From contig OZ242311.1 in the NCBI GenBank assembly GCA_965207885.1, positions 2,400,001-2,464,000 on the forward strand: a stretch of DNA of 64,000 nucleotides. The letters run 5' to 3'. Below the pieces are notes generated by a model that was given only the letters and a program-made list of their open reading frames with translations, had not been told where the DNA came from and did not search any database. The first letter of the stretch is position 1; every line of letters starts with the position of its first letter. A program made the translations under genes and the position numbers. The stretch is from Candidatus Latescibacterota bacterium (lineage in GTDB: Bacteria > Latescibacterota > UBA2968). This document shows, piece by piece, positions 17,115-28,162 of this stretch.

Positions 17115-19181
17115 ATGATCCGGAATATTCTGCATATAGGAATGGGTGTGGGTGTGGTCTTTTTGGGACTGGTCGCCCTGGTGGAGTTACTGGGGTATGT
17201 GACCTGGTACCTGATGCCCAGGGATGCGGAGTCAATGCAACAGGCGTCTGAGTTTGAGGCGATTATGGGCAGGCTGGTGCAAAGTCCCACAGAGGGAGCT
17301 ATACAGGTTGTGGTGCCAGACCGACATCCTAAGACAGCAAAAGCCGTGCATCGGGTGATGGAATGGCCGGAGAGAAGGGGACGGCAGTTTCGGGAAGCCC
17401 CAATGCTTCAAAAGAGGGTGGCGGTGGGTGAGTTGCCACCAGTTGAGGAACGGCTGCCGGAAAATCCGCTGGTGATCGTGCCGCCCCATCAGAATGGGCC
17501 TTATGGAGGCACCTGGACGCGGTTTGCAACGGGACCGAGAGATATAGGCATCGTGGAGGCGCGATTTGCTTATGAAGGATTGGTGAGATGGGATCCGATG
17601 GGGCAGAAAATTCTTCCCAATCTGGCAACGCACTGGGAGATAGCCGATGGGGGACGAACGTACACATTCTGGCTGCGAAAGGGGGTGCGCTGGTCAGATG
17701 GACATCCCTTTACAGTAGAGGATATTTTCTTCTGGCATGAAAATGTGTTGCGTAACGAGGAACTGACACCGGTGGTGGCGCGGGATTTTCAGCGGGGAGG
17801 CGAGGTGATGGCGATAGAGAAAGTCGATGCGTACACGGTGCGTTTTCGCTTCAAGCGACCCAATGGTCTTTTTTTGAAATTGCTGGCGTGGGGGCGCGGA
17901 TACGAAATGTTGCGGTATCCGGCGCATTATATGGCGCAGTTTCATCCGCGGTATGTGCCGCTGGAGAAATTGGAATCGATGGCGGGGGAACACGGTTTTG
18001 ATTTCTGGCACCAGCTTTTTCAAGACAAGCGGGACTGGCGGAACCCGGATATTCCCAGGCTGTGGCCGTGGGTTGTCGTGGCGCCGCCACCGGCTCGTCC
18101 TTCTGTATTCGAGCGCAATCCCTATTATTGGAAGGTGGATCCAGAGGGGAACCAGCTTCCTTATATTGATCGTATGACTTTTGAGATTTACGACCGCGAG
18201 ACGATCAATCTCAAAGCGATCAACGGGGAGATCGGGATGCAGGGGAGGCACATTCTGATCGAAAATTATTCTTTGTTTATGGAGAATCAGTCGCGTGGAG
18301 GGTACCGGGTGTTGCACTGGATTACTGGAGGGACCGGGGGAGAGTGTGTTGCACTGAATTTGAACCATAAGGATCCGGTGATGCGCGAAATTATATGGGA
18401 CCGTCGGTTCCGCATTGCGCTGTCATATGCGATTGATCGGGAGGCGATTAACGAGGTCGGTGGGTTTGGTATCGGTCAGCCCAGACAACCGGCGCCTTTG
18501 CAGACATCGGTGCATTATTCAGAGGCTTTTGAAAAAGCATATATCGAATATGAGCCGGATAAGGCCAACGCGCTTTTGGACGATATGGGGCTGGTGGAGA
18601 GAGATCGGTCCGGTATGCGATTGCGTCCGGATGGCAAGCCGATCAGGGTGGCAATTGAAACGATGTCGATCAACAATCGGGTGCTGGAATTGGTGGCGAA
18701 TTATTGGACGGCGGTTGGGGTGAAGACGGAGATCAAAGAGGAAGCCCGACAGCTTTATTACGAGCGAAGAAAGGCATTGATACACGATGCGGCAACTGCG
18801 GGGGGTGAGGTTCAGAACCCACTTTTGGAGCCGCGCCTGTTTGTCCCTTATAATGTGGGATCGAGCCATGCGATTGGGTTCACGCATTGGCTTTTGACCA
18901 ATGGAAAACGGGGGGAGACGCCCACGGGAGATATGCGGCGCTGCATTGAACTGTTCTGGCAGATTGAGGAGACACCGGACGAGGCCGAACAAATTCGGCT
19001 ATTTGGAGAGATTATAGAGCTGAATCGGAAAAATCTCTGGGTGATTGGAACAATCGGGAGTATGCCTTCGATTATGCTGGTACACAATACATTTCGGAAT
19101 GTGCCGGAGGTCGCCATGGCATCGTGGTCAGTTCGCACGCCCGCGAATACGGCGGTTGAGTGTTATGCGATTGAGCCATAG
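17115..19181 (+). CDS. ABC transporter substrate-binding protein, family 5 (peptide/oligosaccharide)
   Basis: GELPPVEERLPENP, YGGTW, LRKGVRWSDGHPFT, ERNPYYWKVDPEGNQLPYID. N-terminal TM anchor; no permease adjacent. Confidence 0.9.
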   Translation: MIRNILHIGMGVGVVFLGLVALVELLGYVTWYLMPRDAESMQQASEFEAIMGRLVQSPTEGAIQVVVPDRHPKTAKAVHRVMEWPERRGRQFREAPMLQKRVAVGELPPVEERLPENPLVIVPPHQNGPYGGTWTRFATGPRDIGIVEARFAYEGLVRWDPMGQKILPNLATHWEIADGGRTYTFWLRKGVRWSDGHPFTVEDIFFWHENVLRNEELTPVVARDFQRGGEVMAIEKVDAYTVRFRFKRPNGLFLKLLAWGRGYEMLRYPAHYMAQFHPRYVPLEKLESMAGEHGFDFWHQLFQDKRDWRNPDIPRLWPWVVVAPPPARPSVFERNPYYWKVDPEGNQLPYIDRMTFEIYDRETINLKAINGEIGMQGRHILIENYSLFMENQSRGGYRVLHWITGGTGGECVALNLNHKDPVMREIIWDRRFRIALSYAIDREAINEVGGFGIGQPRQPAPLQTSVHYSEAFEKAYIEYEPDKANALLDDMGLVERDRSGMRLRPDGKPIRVAIETMSINNRVLELVANYWTAVGVKTEIKEEARQLYYERRKALIHDAATAGGEVQNPLLEPRLFVPYNVGSSHAIGFTHWLLTNGKRGETPTGDMRRCIELFWQIEETPDEAEQIRLFGEIIELNRKNLWVIGTIGSMPSIMLVHNTFRNVPEVAMASWSVRTPANTAVECYAIEP

Positions 19182-19195
19182 CCCGTACAGGGTGA

Positions 19196-20968
19196 TTACT
19201 CTTCCAGTGCCGAAAGTTGAGCGGTTTGTTCAATTTTACCATCGACAATGCCCATGTATCCAATTAGCATTTCGTCAAAACTTTGCTCACCCCAGCGAAC
19301 CGTTGCGGATGGATCGGGGTTGAGTTTGTTTTTTGCCGAGTTGTCAAAGACGGCATGGCTGACTATGCGCGTTCCAGCGGGCAGGTGTTTGGGGGTTGAG
19401 AGGGCGTAGAACCGCTGCCAGTTGAACGTGTAATTTGGCACGGAGAGCAGGGTTTCGCGGGTTCCATCGGGAAAATGTGCCACATAGCGGAAGCCCGCGC
19501 CCCGGAAGTGCATGTGGGGGAAGAGGGTGTAGAGGGTGGCATCCTGTTCAAAGATTTTTACGGATGAATCGCGATGGGCACTCGCATGCGGTGGGATTTT
19601 AATTTTCGGATTGGCGGGACCGACCACGCGGTGTTCGCGCAGGTTTTGTGCGTCGGTGAAATACAACCCGAGTTTGCTTTCATCCACTTCGGGGCGTCCT
19701 GTGGTCGTGTAGTGGATTTGAAACTGGATTCTGCTCCCTTTGGGGAGTAGTTGCGCCGTGCCTTTGGGCAGCATGACACCGTCCATGCCCGGTACATAAG
19801 AGGCAAAGATGCCGTCTAACCACCGGTTCTTTTTGACGGTTTTCATTTTGTGCCCTTTGGGATAGATCACGCGTGCCAGTGCGTGGTGCATGGCGGCGCG
19901 ATTTCCCGGCAGAAATTCGGTGCCGCGCACTCGCACATCGCGGTCTATGGGCACTGTAATTTTGAGATAGCGATAGTCGATAATGCCGGTTGCGGGGATT
20001 TCTTGCCGTTCCAATGCGATGACCAGGTCGGGCTCTCCATAAGCCCATGTTGTGGCTTGTGTCGGGTTTTCGGATAGTGGGTCAGGGCCATCGCCGCGGG
20101 GCGATCCGGCTTCGATCCAGTGAACGAGGGTTTGTTCTTCTTGTTGTGTGAGCGACAGGTCGTTGCTGAATGTGCCTATGTGTGGGTCTGCATGCCAGGG
20201 GGGCATGCGGCGTGTGCGCACGACTTCGCGCATCATTGGAGACCAGCCCGCGACTTCTTTGTGATCGGTCATGTCAAAGGGGGCTATGCCGCCGGTTTGG
20301 TGACAGGTGACGCATTTGTTTCGCAAAATGGGTGCGATCTGCTTGGCATAAGAGATCTGTTTGTGTTGTGCGCGGTTTTTGCCCGGCAGGGCAATCAGGC
20401 AGCCGGGTGATGCAACGGCTTTGACGGCGATTTTTTCACCTTTGAGATGGGTGATGAGTGCATCGGCGAGATAATGGTTGGATGCACTGGGTTTTTGCGC
20501 TTCGTAATTCAGACGATCGTCGATGGGACCCCGGTAGGGGATGTGCCATGTTTTGGGATCGATGACAAGTGCCTCAGCCGTGCGGTGCAGGTCGAGCGAT
20601 TCGGCGACGAGTTGCGTTTCGTCAATGAGGATGGGATAGTCGATGGAGAAGGCGTCGGCTTCCTCGCGTACGCTTTCGCGGTCGTCTTGTAAGTTGGCAT
20701 TGAGCATTAAAAATTGTACGCCTTTAGGCGCGTATTCATCGCGTATTGCGTTGAGGTCGTGCACAGCATTGCGCACAATCGGGCAACCATTACCCTGGAC
20801 GAATAAGACGATGGCAGATGCATCTGAGTACTCGTGGAGTGTGTGGAATTCGCCGTTCTGGTCATAAAGGCCAAAATCGTCAACGACAATATCCACGGAT
20901 TGTGGTGTTTCGGGAATGGCAGAACAGCCGATGAAGAGACAGGATAGGATGTACAATAGGTGTTTCAT
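19196..20968 (-). CDS. Redoxin + cytochrome c + copper type II monooxygenase-like fusion, probable lipoprotein
   Basis: Lipobox-like FIGC, GCPIV redoxin with YRGPIDD, CVTCH haem motif, MPPW, and Cu-ligand motifs MHH, QIHY, PHMH, DEM. Confidence 0.8.
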   Translation of the reverse strand: MKHLLYILSCLFIGCSAIPETPQSVDIVVDDFGLYDQNGEFHTLHEYSDASAIVLFVQGNGCPIVRNAVHDLNAIRDEYAPKGVQFLMLNANLQDDRESVREEADAFSIDYPILIDETQLVAESLDLHRTAEALVIDPKTWHIPYRGPIDDRLNYEAQKPSASNHYLADALITHLKGEKIAVKAVASPGCLIALPGKNRAQHKQISYAKQIAPILRNKCVTCHQTGGIAPFDMTDHKEVAGWSPMMREVVRTRRMPPWHADPHIGTFSNDLSLTQQEEQTLVHWIEAGSPRGDGPDPLSENPTQATTWAYGEPDLVIALERQEIPATGIIDYRYLKITVPIDRDVRVRGTEFLPGNRAAMHHALARVIYPKGHKMKTVKKNRWLDGIFASYVPGMDGVMLPKGTAQLLPKGSRIQFQIHYTTTGRPEVDESKLGLYFTDAQNLREHRVVGPANPKIKIPPHASAHRDSSVKIFEQDATLYTLFPHMHFRGAGFRYVAHFPDGTRETLLSVPNYTFNWQRFYALSTPKHLPAGTRIVSHAVFDNSAKNKLNPDPSATVRWGEQSFDEMLIGYMGIVDGKIEQTAQLSALEE

Positions 20969-20979
20969 AATATCTCCAT

Positions 20980-21882
20980 TTAAAACTCTCTACTTCGCAA
21001 CAATTCCAGTACGCGCTCGAGGTCGTCATTGCTGTAAAATTCGATTTCGATTTTGCCTTTGGAGCCTCTGCGGCTGATGTTGACCGCTGTGCCAAAATAA
21101 CGCTGGAGATCTTCTTCGAGAAATAGCAAGTTGGGGTCTTTGGGTGGCGTGGATTTTTTGGGCGTGGTGTCTTCTTTGAGTGCTTTGACGAGGGCTTCTG
21201 TGCGGCGAACCGATAATTCCTGTGCAATAATCCGCTGGCATAGGGCAATTTGTTGTTCCGCGTTGTCAAGGCCCAGCAGTGCGCGGGCGTGACCTGCAGA
21301 TATCTGCCCGGCTTGGAGTGCGTCGAGGACTTCTGGTGTCAATGCGAGGAGGCGCAAGGTGTTGGCAATGGTCGAGCGGTCTTTGCCCACATGTTCGGCA
21401 ACTTCTTCCTGTGTTAGAAAACACTCCTCTATGAGCATGCGATAGGCTTTGGCTTCTTCTATGGGGTTGAGATTTTCCCGCTGGATGTTTTCTATCAGCG
21501 AGAGTTCCATCATTTCCTGGTCTGTCCCCACATCCATAACAATCGCAGGTACGACCGCGAGTTCGGCCTGACGCGCTGCGCGGAAACGTCGCTCGCCTGC
21601 GATCAGTTGATAGCCCGAGCCAAAGCGGCGCACAGAAACAGGCTGTATGATGCCTTTTTCGCGGATTGATTGCGCCAATTCTCCCACGGCTTTGGGATCG
21701 AATTCCGTGCGTGGCTGGTGGGGATTAGGTTCAATATCATCAATGGGTATTTCGATGATTTGCCGTTGGGTCTGTCCCGTAGGCGAAGGAGCAATTTCCG
21801 ATGTGATTTTTTCGGCAGGAGCTGTATCTGCACCGGGAATCAGGGCGCCCAATCCCTTGCCGAGGGCATTGCGTTTAGCCAT
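20980..21882 (-). CDS. parB: Chromosome partitioning protein ParB/Spo0J
   Basis: [41 protein letters not shown]. Confidence 0.96.
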   Translation of the reverse strand: MAKRNALGKGLGALIPGADTAPAEKITSEIAPSPTGQTQRQIIEIPIDDIEPNPHQPRTEFDPKAVGELAQSIREKGIIQPVSVRRFGSGYQLIAGERRFRAARQAELAVVPAIVMDVGTDQEMMELSLIENIQRENLNPIEEAKAYRMLIEECFLTQEEVAEHVGKDRSTIANTLRLLALTPEVLDALQAGQISAGHARALLGLDNAEQQIALCQRIIAQELSVRRTEALVKALKEDTTPKKSTPPKDPNLLFLEEDLQRYFGTAVNISRRGSKGKIEIEFYSNDDLERVLELLRSREF

Positions 21883-22636
21883 TGATGACCTCCCCGGCTA
21901 AGTTCATGTAATTTTGCGCGCCGGTAGATATAATATCGTAGAGGATGATGGGTTTGCCAAAGCTGGGTGCTTCGCCGAGTTTGACATTGCGAGTGATAAT
22001 CGTGTTATAGACGCGGTCGCCAAAATGCGATTTGGTTTCTTCGGCAACCTGGCGCGCCAGATTGAGACGTCCGTCGTACATTGTGAGCAGTACGCCTTCA
22101 ATGGCGAGATGGGGGTTGAGGTGTTGCTGCACGAGGCGCAGGGTGTTGAGCAATTTGCTCAGGCCCTCGAGCGCGTAGTATTCGCATTGTATGGGAATGA
22201 GCACGGAGTCGGCTGCCGTCAGCGCGTTGAGCGTGAGCAATCCCAGTGAGGGAGGGCAGTCGATGATGATGAAGTCGTAGGTTTCGCGCGCTTGCGAGAG
22301 GGCATTTTTGAGTCGTTGTTCGCGCGAAATGATGGAGACCATTTCCACTTCGGCACCAGTGAGGCGAATGTGAGATGGCGCTATGCTGAGAAAGGGCAGG
22401 TCGCTCTGATAGATGACTTCCATTAAAGGTACGTCTTCGAGGAGTACTTCGTACACACAGGGCGTTTGTTCATCTACCTCAATGCCACATCCGCTGGACG
22501 CGTTGGCCTGTGGGTCTATGTCGAGTAGCAGGGTTTTCTTTTCAGCAGTAGCCAGACACGCAGATAGGTTGACGGCTGTGGTGGTTTTGCCCACGCCGCC
22601 TTTTTGATTGGCTATGGCAATGACCCGTGCAGACAT
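21875..22636 (-). CDS. parA: Chromosome partitioning ATPase ParA/Soj
   Basis: [40 protein letters not shown]. Confidence 0.96.
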   Translation of the reverse strand: MSARVIAIANQKGGVGKTTTAVNLSACLATAEKKTLLLDIDPQANASSGCGIEVDEQTPCVYEVLLEDVPLMEVIYQSDLPFLSIAPSHIRLTGAEVEMVSIISREQRLKNALSQARETYDFIIIDCPPSLGLLTLNALTAADSVLIPIQCEYYALEGLSKLLNTLRLVQQHLNPHLAIEGVLLTMYDGRLNLARQVAEETKSHFGDRVYNTIITRNVKLGEAPSFGKPIILYDIISTGAQNYMNLAGEVING

Positions 22637-22907
22637 CCAAAACCCCGTAAATTTACATATAAATAAAAATATTCAAGTTCTCGAAATATAGTGTACGCAC
22701 GGGGGAAAATCAAGCACGGGTGTTTGTTTTGCCTTGACATAGGTTGGGAAGTCGCAAATATTTATTTTTTCCCTGGGCCACGTGGATCGCCGCGAAGAGG
22801 GGCGTTGGGAAAACAATGTGTTCTGCCGTTAGTCTGGACACTTTGTTTTAGCTATAGAAGGCAGAAAATGAAAGTATTGCGTTCATACTCGAAAGAAAAA
22901 GTGGTTC

Positions 22908-25283
22908 ATGCGTAATATCGTCTATATATCAATTCTAACCGCTTTGTCACTCGTTTGCCCACTAACGGCCCAGGCAGAGACCAGCTTGAGCGGTACGGTA
23001 ACTGATTCGGACACTGGCGAGCCGTTGGCTGGGGCCGCTATTCGCCTCGTGGGCACCTTGCAGTGGAGATCCACGGACATGAAAGGTCAGTTCGTGTTTT
23101 CAGTTGTGCCTCCGGGTACTTACAAGGTGGAAATCAGCCTGATCGGTTATGTACCCCTCACCGAAACCGTGCAGATGGTCTCTGGCGAGCAAGCTCGCTT
23201 GACCGTTGCTCTGACCCTCAACCCCGTGTATATGAACGAAGTGCTAGTCATGGGCGATCGGCCCTTTTCGGCGGCCTCCTCGCGGGCGGTGCGGCAATTC
23301 GATCTGCGCATCCGGCCCAACCGCACGGCCCATCAGATGCTGCAACTGGCACCTGGCCTTGTCATCGCCCAACACGGCGGCGGCGGAAAAGCCGAGCAGA
23401 TCTTTTTGCGCGGCTTTGATGCGGACCATGGCACCGATGTGGCGATCTCGGTAGATGGGGTCCCCGTGAATATGGTCTCCCACGGACATGGACAAGGCTA
23501 TGCCGACATGCATTTCCTCATTCCCGAAGTCGTTGAGGGGCTGGACGTCAGGAAAGGGCCGTACTTCGCCGCATTTGGCAATTTGGCTACCGCCGGAGCC
23601 GTTGCCTACCACACTCGCAATTATCTTGATGACAATGCCATTCATCTCGAAATCGGCGGGTTTAATACGATCCAATACACCATGCTCTACCAGGTTCCGC
23701 TGGCCGATATCGATCAAAGCATCTATTTCGCCGGCAAGTACTATCGCACCGATGGCCCGGTTGACCAGCCACAGGGTCTGCAGCGACTCAATATTTTCGG
23801 CAAGTACCACAACCAAATCTCTGACCGCTCTACCCTCACTGTGACCGGCAGCGGGTTCAGCTCGGCTTGGGACGCCTCTGGACAGATTCCCCAGCGGGCC
23901 GTAGCGCAGGGCCTCATTGACCGCTGGGGGGTGATTGATGATATGGAGGGCGGCACCACCGGACGCCAAGATTTCCATATCAATTTCCACGCCGAAGGGC
24001 CGGGCATCAGTTCCTTTGATCTACTGGCGTATTTGGTCAACTACCAGTTCAAACTGTTTTCCAATTTTACGTTCTTCCTCGACGATCCCGAGCGCGGCGA
24101 CGGCATCGAACAAACCGATAACCGCCAAGTCGCTGGCATCAACAGCCGCTATACTTTCTATCACAACTTGGGCCCGTACTCGATCCATACGACACTGGGG
24201 GGCGGCCTGCGTGCCGATAATGCGGCCGTGGCGTTGTGGAAAAGCCCCGACCGCCAACGCCTAAACCCTCTGGTTGAGGCCGATGTAATAGAGCGCAACC
24301 TGTTCCTGTGGGGGCAACAGGAGATTGTCCTCACGCCGCGCCTGCAATTGGTGCTGGGGTTGCGCGGCGATTATTTTACCTTCAATGTTGACGACCACCT
24401 CGAAGGGCGTCCCACCGATCTGCCCCATGCCTCGGGCTTTGCCCACGCCGCCATTCTCAGTCCGAAAGCGGCCCTGGTGTATAGTCCCAGTCGCACCTTA
24501 GATCTTTTTGCCAATTTTGGCACCGGATTTCACTCTAACGACGCCCGCAACAACGTTATCGATGCCCGGGCTTCACAGATTCTTCGGACCATGCGGCGCA
24601 ATGGACAAAGCGAGGCTGACATTGCTGCGGAGTTGGCAGGGCGATACATTGATCCGGGACATCTCGAAGAAGGCACCCTGCCCCGGTCTGTGGGGGCCGA
24701 AACAGGTCTTCAGGCTCGGTTGTTCAACCGATTGAATTTGGGAGCGGCACTGTGGTGGATGGACTTGGAAAGCGAATTTGTTTTTGTCGGCGATGCTGGC
24801 ACCACGGAAGCCAGTGGGAAAACCCGGCGGGCGGGACTGGATATGGAAGCCCGTCTCCAAATACACCCCTCGCTGTGGGCGGATATCGATCTCAATCTCG
24901 CTCAAGGTGAGGCTGTAAATGAACCAGAAGGTGCCAACGAGATTCCGCTGGCTCCCAACCTGACCTCTACTGGCGGCTTGACATGGCGTCATCCCACGGG
25001 CCTGGAAGGCAGCTTGCGCTACCGCCATATTGGCAACCGACCTGCCAACGAGGATGGTAGCATCACGGCCACTGGCTATACCGTGGTTGATTTCAATGGC
25101 GTCTATCGCCGAGGGGTCTGGAGGCTCAATTTGGGCGTCGAGAACGTGTTGAATACGACTTGGAGCGAAGCGCAATTCGACACGGAATCGCGCCTACAGG
25201 ATGAAGTAGAACCTGTCTCGGAGATCCACTTCACTCCGGGAAATCCCATCAATATGCGGCTGGGAGTGAGTTTTATGTTTTAG
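22908..25283 (+). CDS. TonB-dependent receptor with His-rich plug (probable metal transporter)
   Basis: QHGGGGKAEQIFLRGFDADHGTD, SHGHGQGYAD, KGPY, C-terminal IHFTPG..LGVSFMF. Confidence 0.9.
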   Translation: MRNIVYISILTALSLVCPLTAQAETSLSGTVTDSDTGEPLAGAAIRLVGTLQWRSTDMKGQFVFSVVPPGTYKVEISLIGYVPLTETVQMVSGEQARLTVALTLNPVYMNEVLVMGDRPFSAASSRAVRQFDLRIRPNRTAHQMLQLAPGLVIAQHGGGGKAEQIFLRGFDADHGTDVAISVDGVPVNMVSHGHGQGYADMHFLIPEVVEGLDVRKGPYFAAFGNLATAGAVAYHTRNYLDDNAIHLEIGGFNTIQYTMLYQVPLADIDQSIYFAGKYYRTDGPVDQPQGLQRLNIFGKYHNQISDRSTLTVTGSGFSSAWDASGQIPQRAVAQGLIDRWGVIDDMEGGTTGRQDFHINFHAEGPGISSFDLLAYLVNYQFKLFSNFTFFLDDPERGDGIEQTDNRQVAGINSRYTFYHNLGPYSIHTTLGGGLRADNAAVALWKSPDRQRLNPLVEADVIERNLFLWGQQEIVLTPRLQLVLGLRGDYFTFNVDDHLEGRPTDLPHASGFAHAAILSPKAALVYSPSRTLDLFANFGTGFHSNDARNNVIDARASQILRTMRRNGQSEADIAAELAGRYIDPGHLEEGTLPRSVGAETGLQARLFNRLNLGAALWWMDLESEFVFVGDAGTTEASGKTRRAGLDMEARLQIHPSLWADIDLNLAQGEAVNEPEGANEIPLAPNLTSTGGLTWRHPTGLEGSLRYRHIGNRPANEDGSITATGYTVVDFNGVYRRGVWRLNLGVENVLNTTWSEAQFDTESRLQDEVEPVSEIHFTPGNPINMRLGVSFMF

Positions 25284-25329
25284 CAATATCTTTGAAAACA
25301 GCAGCGTCGTTTGACGACATACATACACG

Positions 25330-25360
25330 AGTGCCCGCCTCCTCAATGGAAGCGGGCACT
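25330..25360. terminator. Hairpin between the convergent receptor and ppdK genes
   Basis: AGTGCCCGC...GCGGGCACT inverted repeat. Confidence 0.55.
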
Positions 25361-25380
25361 GTTGTGTACAAAATTGGCGA

Positions 25381-28026
25381 TTACTCTTCCAGTGCAGCGT
25401 GGGCGGCTGCGAGGCGGGCGATGGGTACGCGGAAGGGTGAGCAGGAGACGTAGTCCATGCCGATGTTGTGGCAGAAGTGTACGGAGGATGGATCGCCGCC
25501 GTGTTCGCCGCAGATACCCACTTTGAGATCGCCGCGGGCGTCGCGTCCGTTTTTGGTGCCGAGTTCGACGAGTTGCCCCACGCCGGTCTGGTCGAGGGTC
25601 TGGAAGGGATCGTTTTCGAGGATGCCCTTTTCGACGTATTCGCCCAGGAATTTGCCGGCGTCATCGCGCGAGTAACCATAGGTCATTTGCGTGAGGTCAT
25701 TGGTGCCAAACGAGAAAAATTCTGCGTGTTCGGCAATTTCGGCAGCGGTGAGGGCAGCGCGGGGAATTTCGATCATGGTGCCGATGAGATACGCGACGCG
25801 CTTGCCGGTTTCACTTTCCACTGCGCGAGCCACGCGGTCTGTCATGATTTTGAGTTCGGTAAATTCTTTGACTGCGCCGACGAGTGGGATCATGATTTCG
25901 GGAACGGCTTTGGATCCCACATTGGCGGCGGCTTCGAGGATGGCACGCACCTGCATTTCGTAAATTTCTGGATAGGTGATGCCCAGCCGGCAGCCGCGGT
26001 GCCCGAGCATGGGATTAAATTCGTTGAGGGATTCGACCTTGTCCTGAATCACGCGCAATGAGGTATCGAGCCGCCTTGCCATTTCCTCTTGCTGGTCGCT
26101 CTCGTGTGGGAGAAACTCGTGCAGGGGGGGATCGAGCAGGCGAACGGTTACGGGCAGCCCTGCCATGGCAATGAAAATGCCTTCAAAGTCGCCGCGCTGG
26201 ATGGGCAATAGTTTTTCGAGGGCACGACGGCGGCCCTGTTCGTCATCGGCGAGAATCATTTCGCGTACGATATTGATGCGGTCGCCTTCGAAGAACATGT
26301 GTTCCGTTCGGCACAGGCCAATGCCTTCGGCACCAAACTCGCGTGCAACAGCCGAATCGTGTGGTGTGTCCGCATTGGTGCGCACATTGAGTGTGCGAAT
26401 CTCGTCGGCCCAGCCCATTAAGGTGGCAAAATCACCCGAAAGTTCGGGTTCCTGTGTGGGGACCTGGCCGAGCATGACTTCGCCCGTAGATCCGTCAATG
26501 GAGACCCAGTCGCCGCCTTTGACAACGGTATCGCCAACGGAGAATTGATTCGCTGTGTAGTCGATGACGAGATCGCCACAACCAGCTACACAGCATTTGC
26601 CCATACCGCGGGCAACCACAGCGGCGTGTGAGGTCATGCCCCCGCGTGCGGTGAGAATGCCCTGTGCGGCGTTCATGCCGCCGATATCTTCGGGCGAGGT
26701 TTCAAGACGCACCAGCAGAACTTGTTCGCCCTGTTCGGCGGCTTCTTCGGCTTCTTCAGCGAGAAAGACGACCTTTCCCGATGCAGCACCCGGTGAAGCG
26801 GGCAATCCCGTAGCCAATACACTGCGTTCAACTGAGGGATCGAAAGTGGGGTGCAGGAGTTGGTCGAGTTGTTCGGGTTCCACGCGCTGTACGGCTTCGC
26901 TCCGGGTGATCAGTCCTTCGTTGACCATGTCAACGGCAATTTTGACGGCGGCAGCCGCAGTGCGTTTGCCACCTCGGGTTTGCAGCATCCAGAGTTTGCT
27001 CTGTTGCACGGTAAATTCGATGTCCTGCATGTCTCGATAGTGCTTTTCAAGTGTTTGATAGATGCCTTCGAGTGTTTGATATGCTTCGGGCTGTCTGCTC
27101 TTCAGGCGTTCTACAGGCTCGGGCGTGCGCACGCCTGCAACCACGTCTTCGCCCTGCGCGTTGGTGAGAAATTCGCCGTAAAAGATGTTTTCACCCGTGG
27201 AGGGGTCGCGCGTAAATGCAACGCCTGTGGCGCAGTCATCGCCCATGTTGCCATAGACCATGGACTGTACGTTGACGGCTGTTCCCCAGTCTCCAGGGAT
27301 ATTTTCCAGACGCCGATAGGTGATGGCGCGATCCGCCTGCCATGAGCCAAATACTGCACCAATACCGCCCCAGAGTTGCTCGATGGGGTCGGTGGGGAAA
27401 TTTTGTCCCGTGCGTGTTTGGACGATGTCTTTGAACATATCGACGAGAGTTTTGAGATCCTCTACGGTCATGTCGAGGTCGTCTTCGATACCGCGCTTTT
27501 CTTTGACTTCCTCAATAGCGGCTTCAAAGGGGTCTATTTCGAGGCCCTCAGGAGTCACGCCCATTACCACATCGCCATAGGTTTGGATGAAGCGGCGATA
27601 AGAGTCCCATCCAAAACGCGGGTTGTTGCTCCTGGCTATGAGACCTTCTGTGATTTCATCGTTGAGACCGAGGTTGAGCACGGTTTCCATCATGCCGGGC
27701 ATGGAGACGCGCGCACCCGAGCGCACGGAGAGAAGCAATGGGTTTGTCGCATCTCCGAATTTGCTGCCCATCACATTTTCGAGTTTGGCAACGTTGTCCA
27801 GGACCTGTTTTTCAAGGGCGTCGGGATATTGTTTGTCGTTATCGTAATAATACGTGCAAACTTCGGTGGTAATGGTAAATCCAGCGGGCACGGGAATGCC
27901 AAGGCCCGACATTTCTGCGAGGTTCGCACCTTTACCACCGAGTAAGTTGCGCATTTCTGCAGAGCCTTCGGCTTTGCCATCGCCAAAGAAATAGACGTAT
28001 TTTTCTTCTTGTTGTGCTGTTGCCAT
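25381..28026 (-). CDS. ppdK: Pyruvate, phosphate dikinase
   Basis: LLGGKGANLAEM, SVRSGARVSMPGMM, GGMTSHAAVVARG phospho-His motif, GIGLCRTEHMF, FSFGTNDLTQ. Confidence 0.98.
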   Translation of the reverse strand: MATAQQEEKYVYFFGDGKAEGSAEMRNLLGGKGANLAEMSGLGIPVPAGFTITTEVCTYYYDNDKQYPDALEKQVLDNVAKLENVMGSKFGDATNPLLLSVRSGARVSMPGMMETVLNLGLNDEITEGLIARSNNPRFGWDSYRRFIQTYGDVVMGVTPEGLEIDPFEAAIEEVKEKRGIEDDLDMTVEDLKTLVDMFKDIVQTRTGQNFPTDPIEQLWGGIGAVFGSWQADRAITYRRLENIPGDWGTAVNVQSMVYGNMGDDCATGVAFTRDPSTGENIFYGEFLTNAQGEDVVAGVRTPEPVERLKSRQPEAYQTLEGIYQTLEKHYRDMQDIEFTVQQSKLWMLQTRGGKRTAAAAVKIAVDMVNEGLITRSEAVQRVEPEQLDQLLHPTFDPSVERSVLATGLPASPGAASGKVVFLAEEAEEAAEQGEQVLLVRLETSPEDIGGMNAAQGILTARGGMTSHAAVVARGMGKCCVAGCGDLVIDYTANQFSVGDTVVKGGDWVSIDGSTGEVMLGQVPTQEPELSGDFATLMGWADEIRTLNVRTNADTPHDSAVAREFGAEGIGLCRTEHMFFEGDRINIVREMILADDEQGRRRALEKLLPIQRGDFEGIFIAMAGLPVTVRLLDPPLHEFLPHESDQQEEMARRLDTSLRVIQDKVESLNEFNPMLGHRGCRLGITYPEIYEMQVRAILEAAANVGSKAVPEIMIPLVGAVKEFTELKIMTDRVARAVESETGKRVAYLIGTMIEIPRAALTAAEIAEHAEFFSFGTNDLTQMTYGYSRDDAGKFLGEYVEKGILENDPFQTLDQTGVGQLVELGTKNGRDARGDLKVGICGEHGGDPSSVHFCHNIGMDYVSCSPFRVPIARLAAAHAALEE

Positions 28027-28162
28027 TGCGTCCTCCAAAGGGGTTCAAATCAGGGCACGACAGTGTGCCCCCGGGATATTTGGGCAGGAAAAAATATAAC
28101 AGGGCAAAAAAACGAGCAAGGATTTTGTTGGAATTGAGAAGGATAAGGCGGAGATGGGCTGA

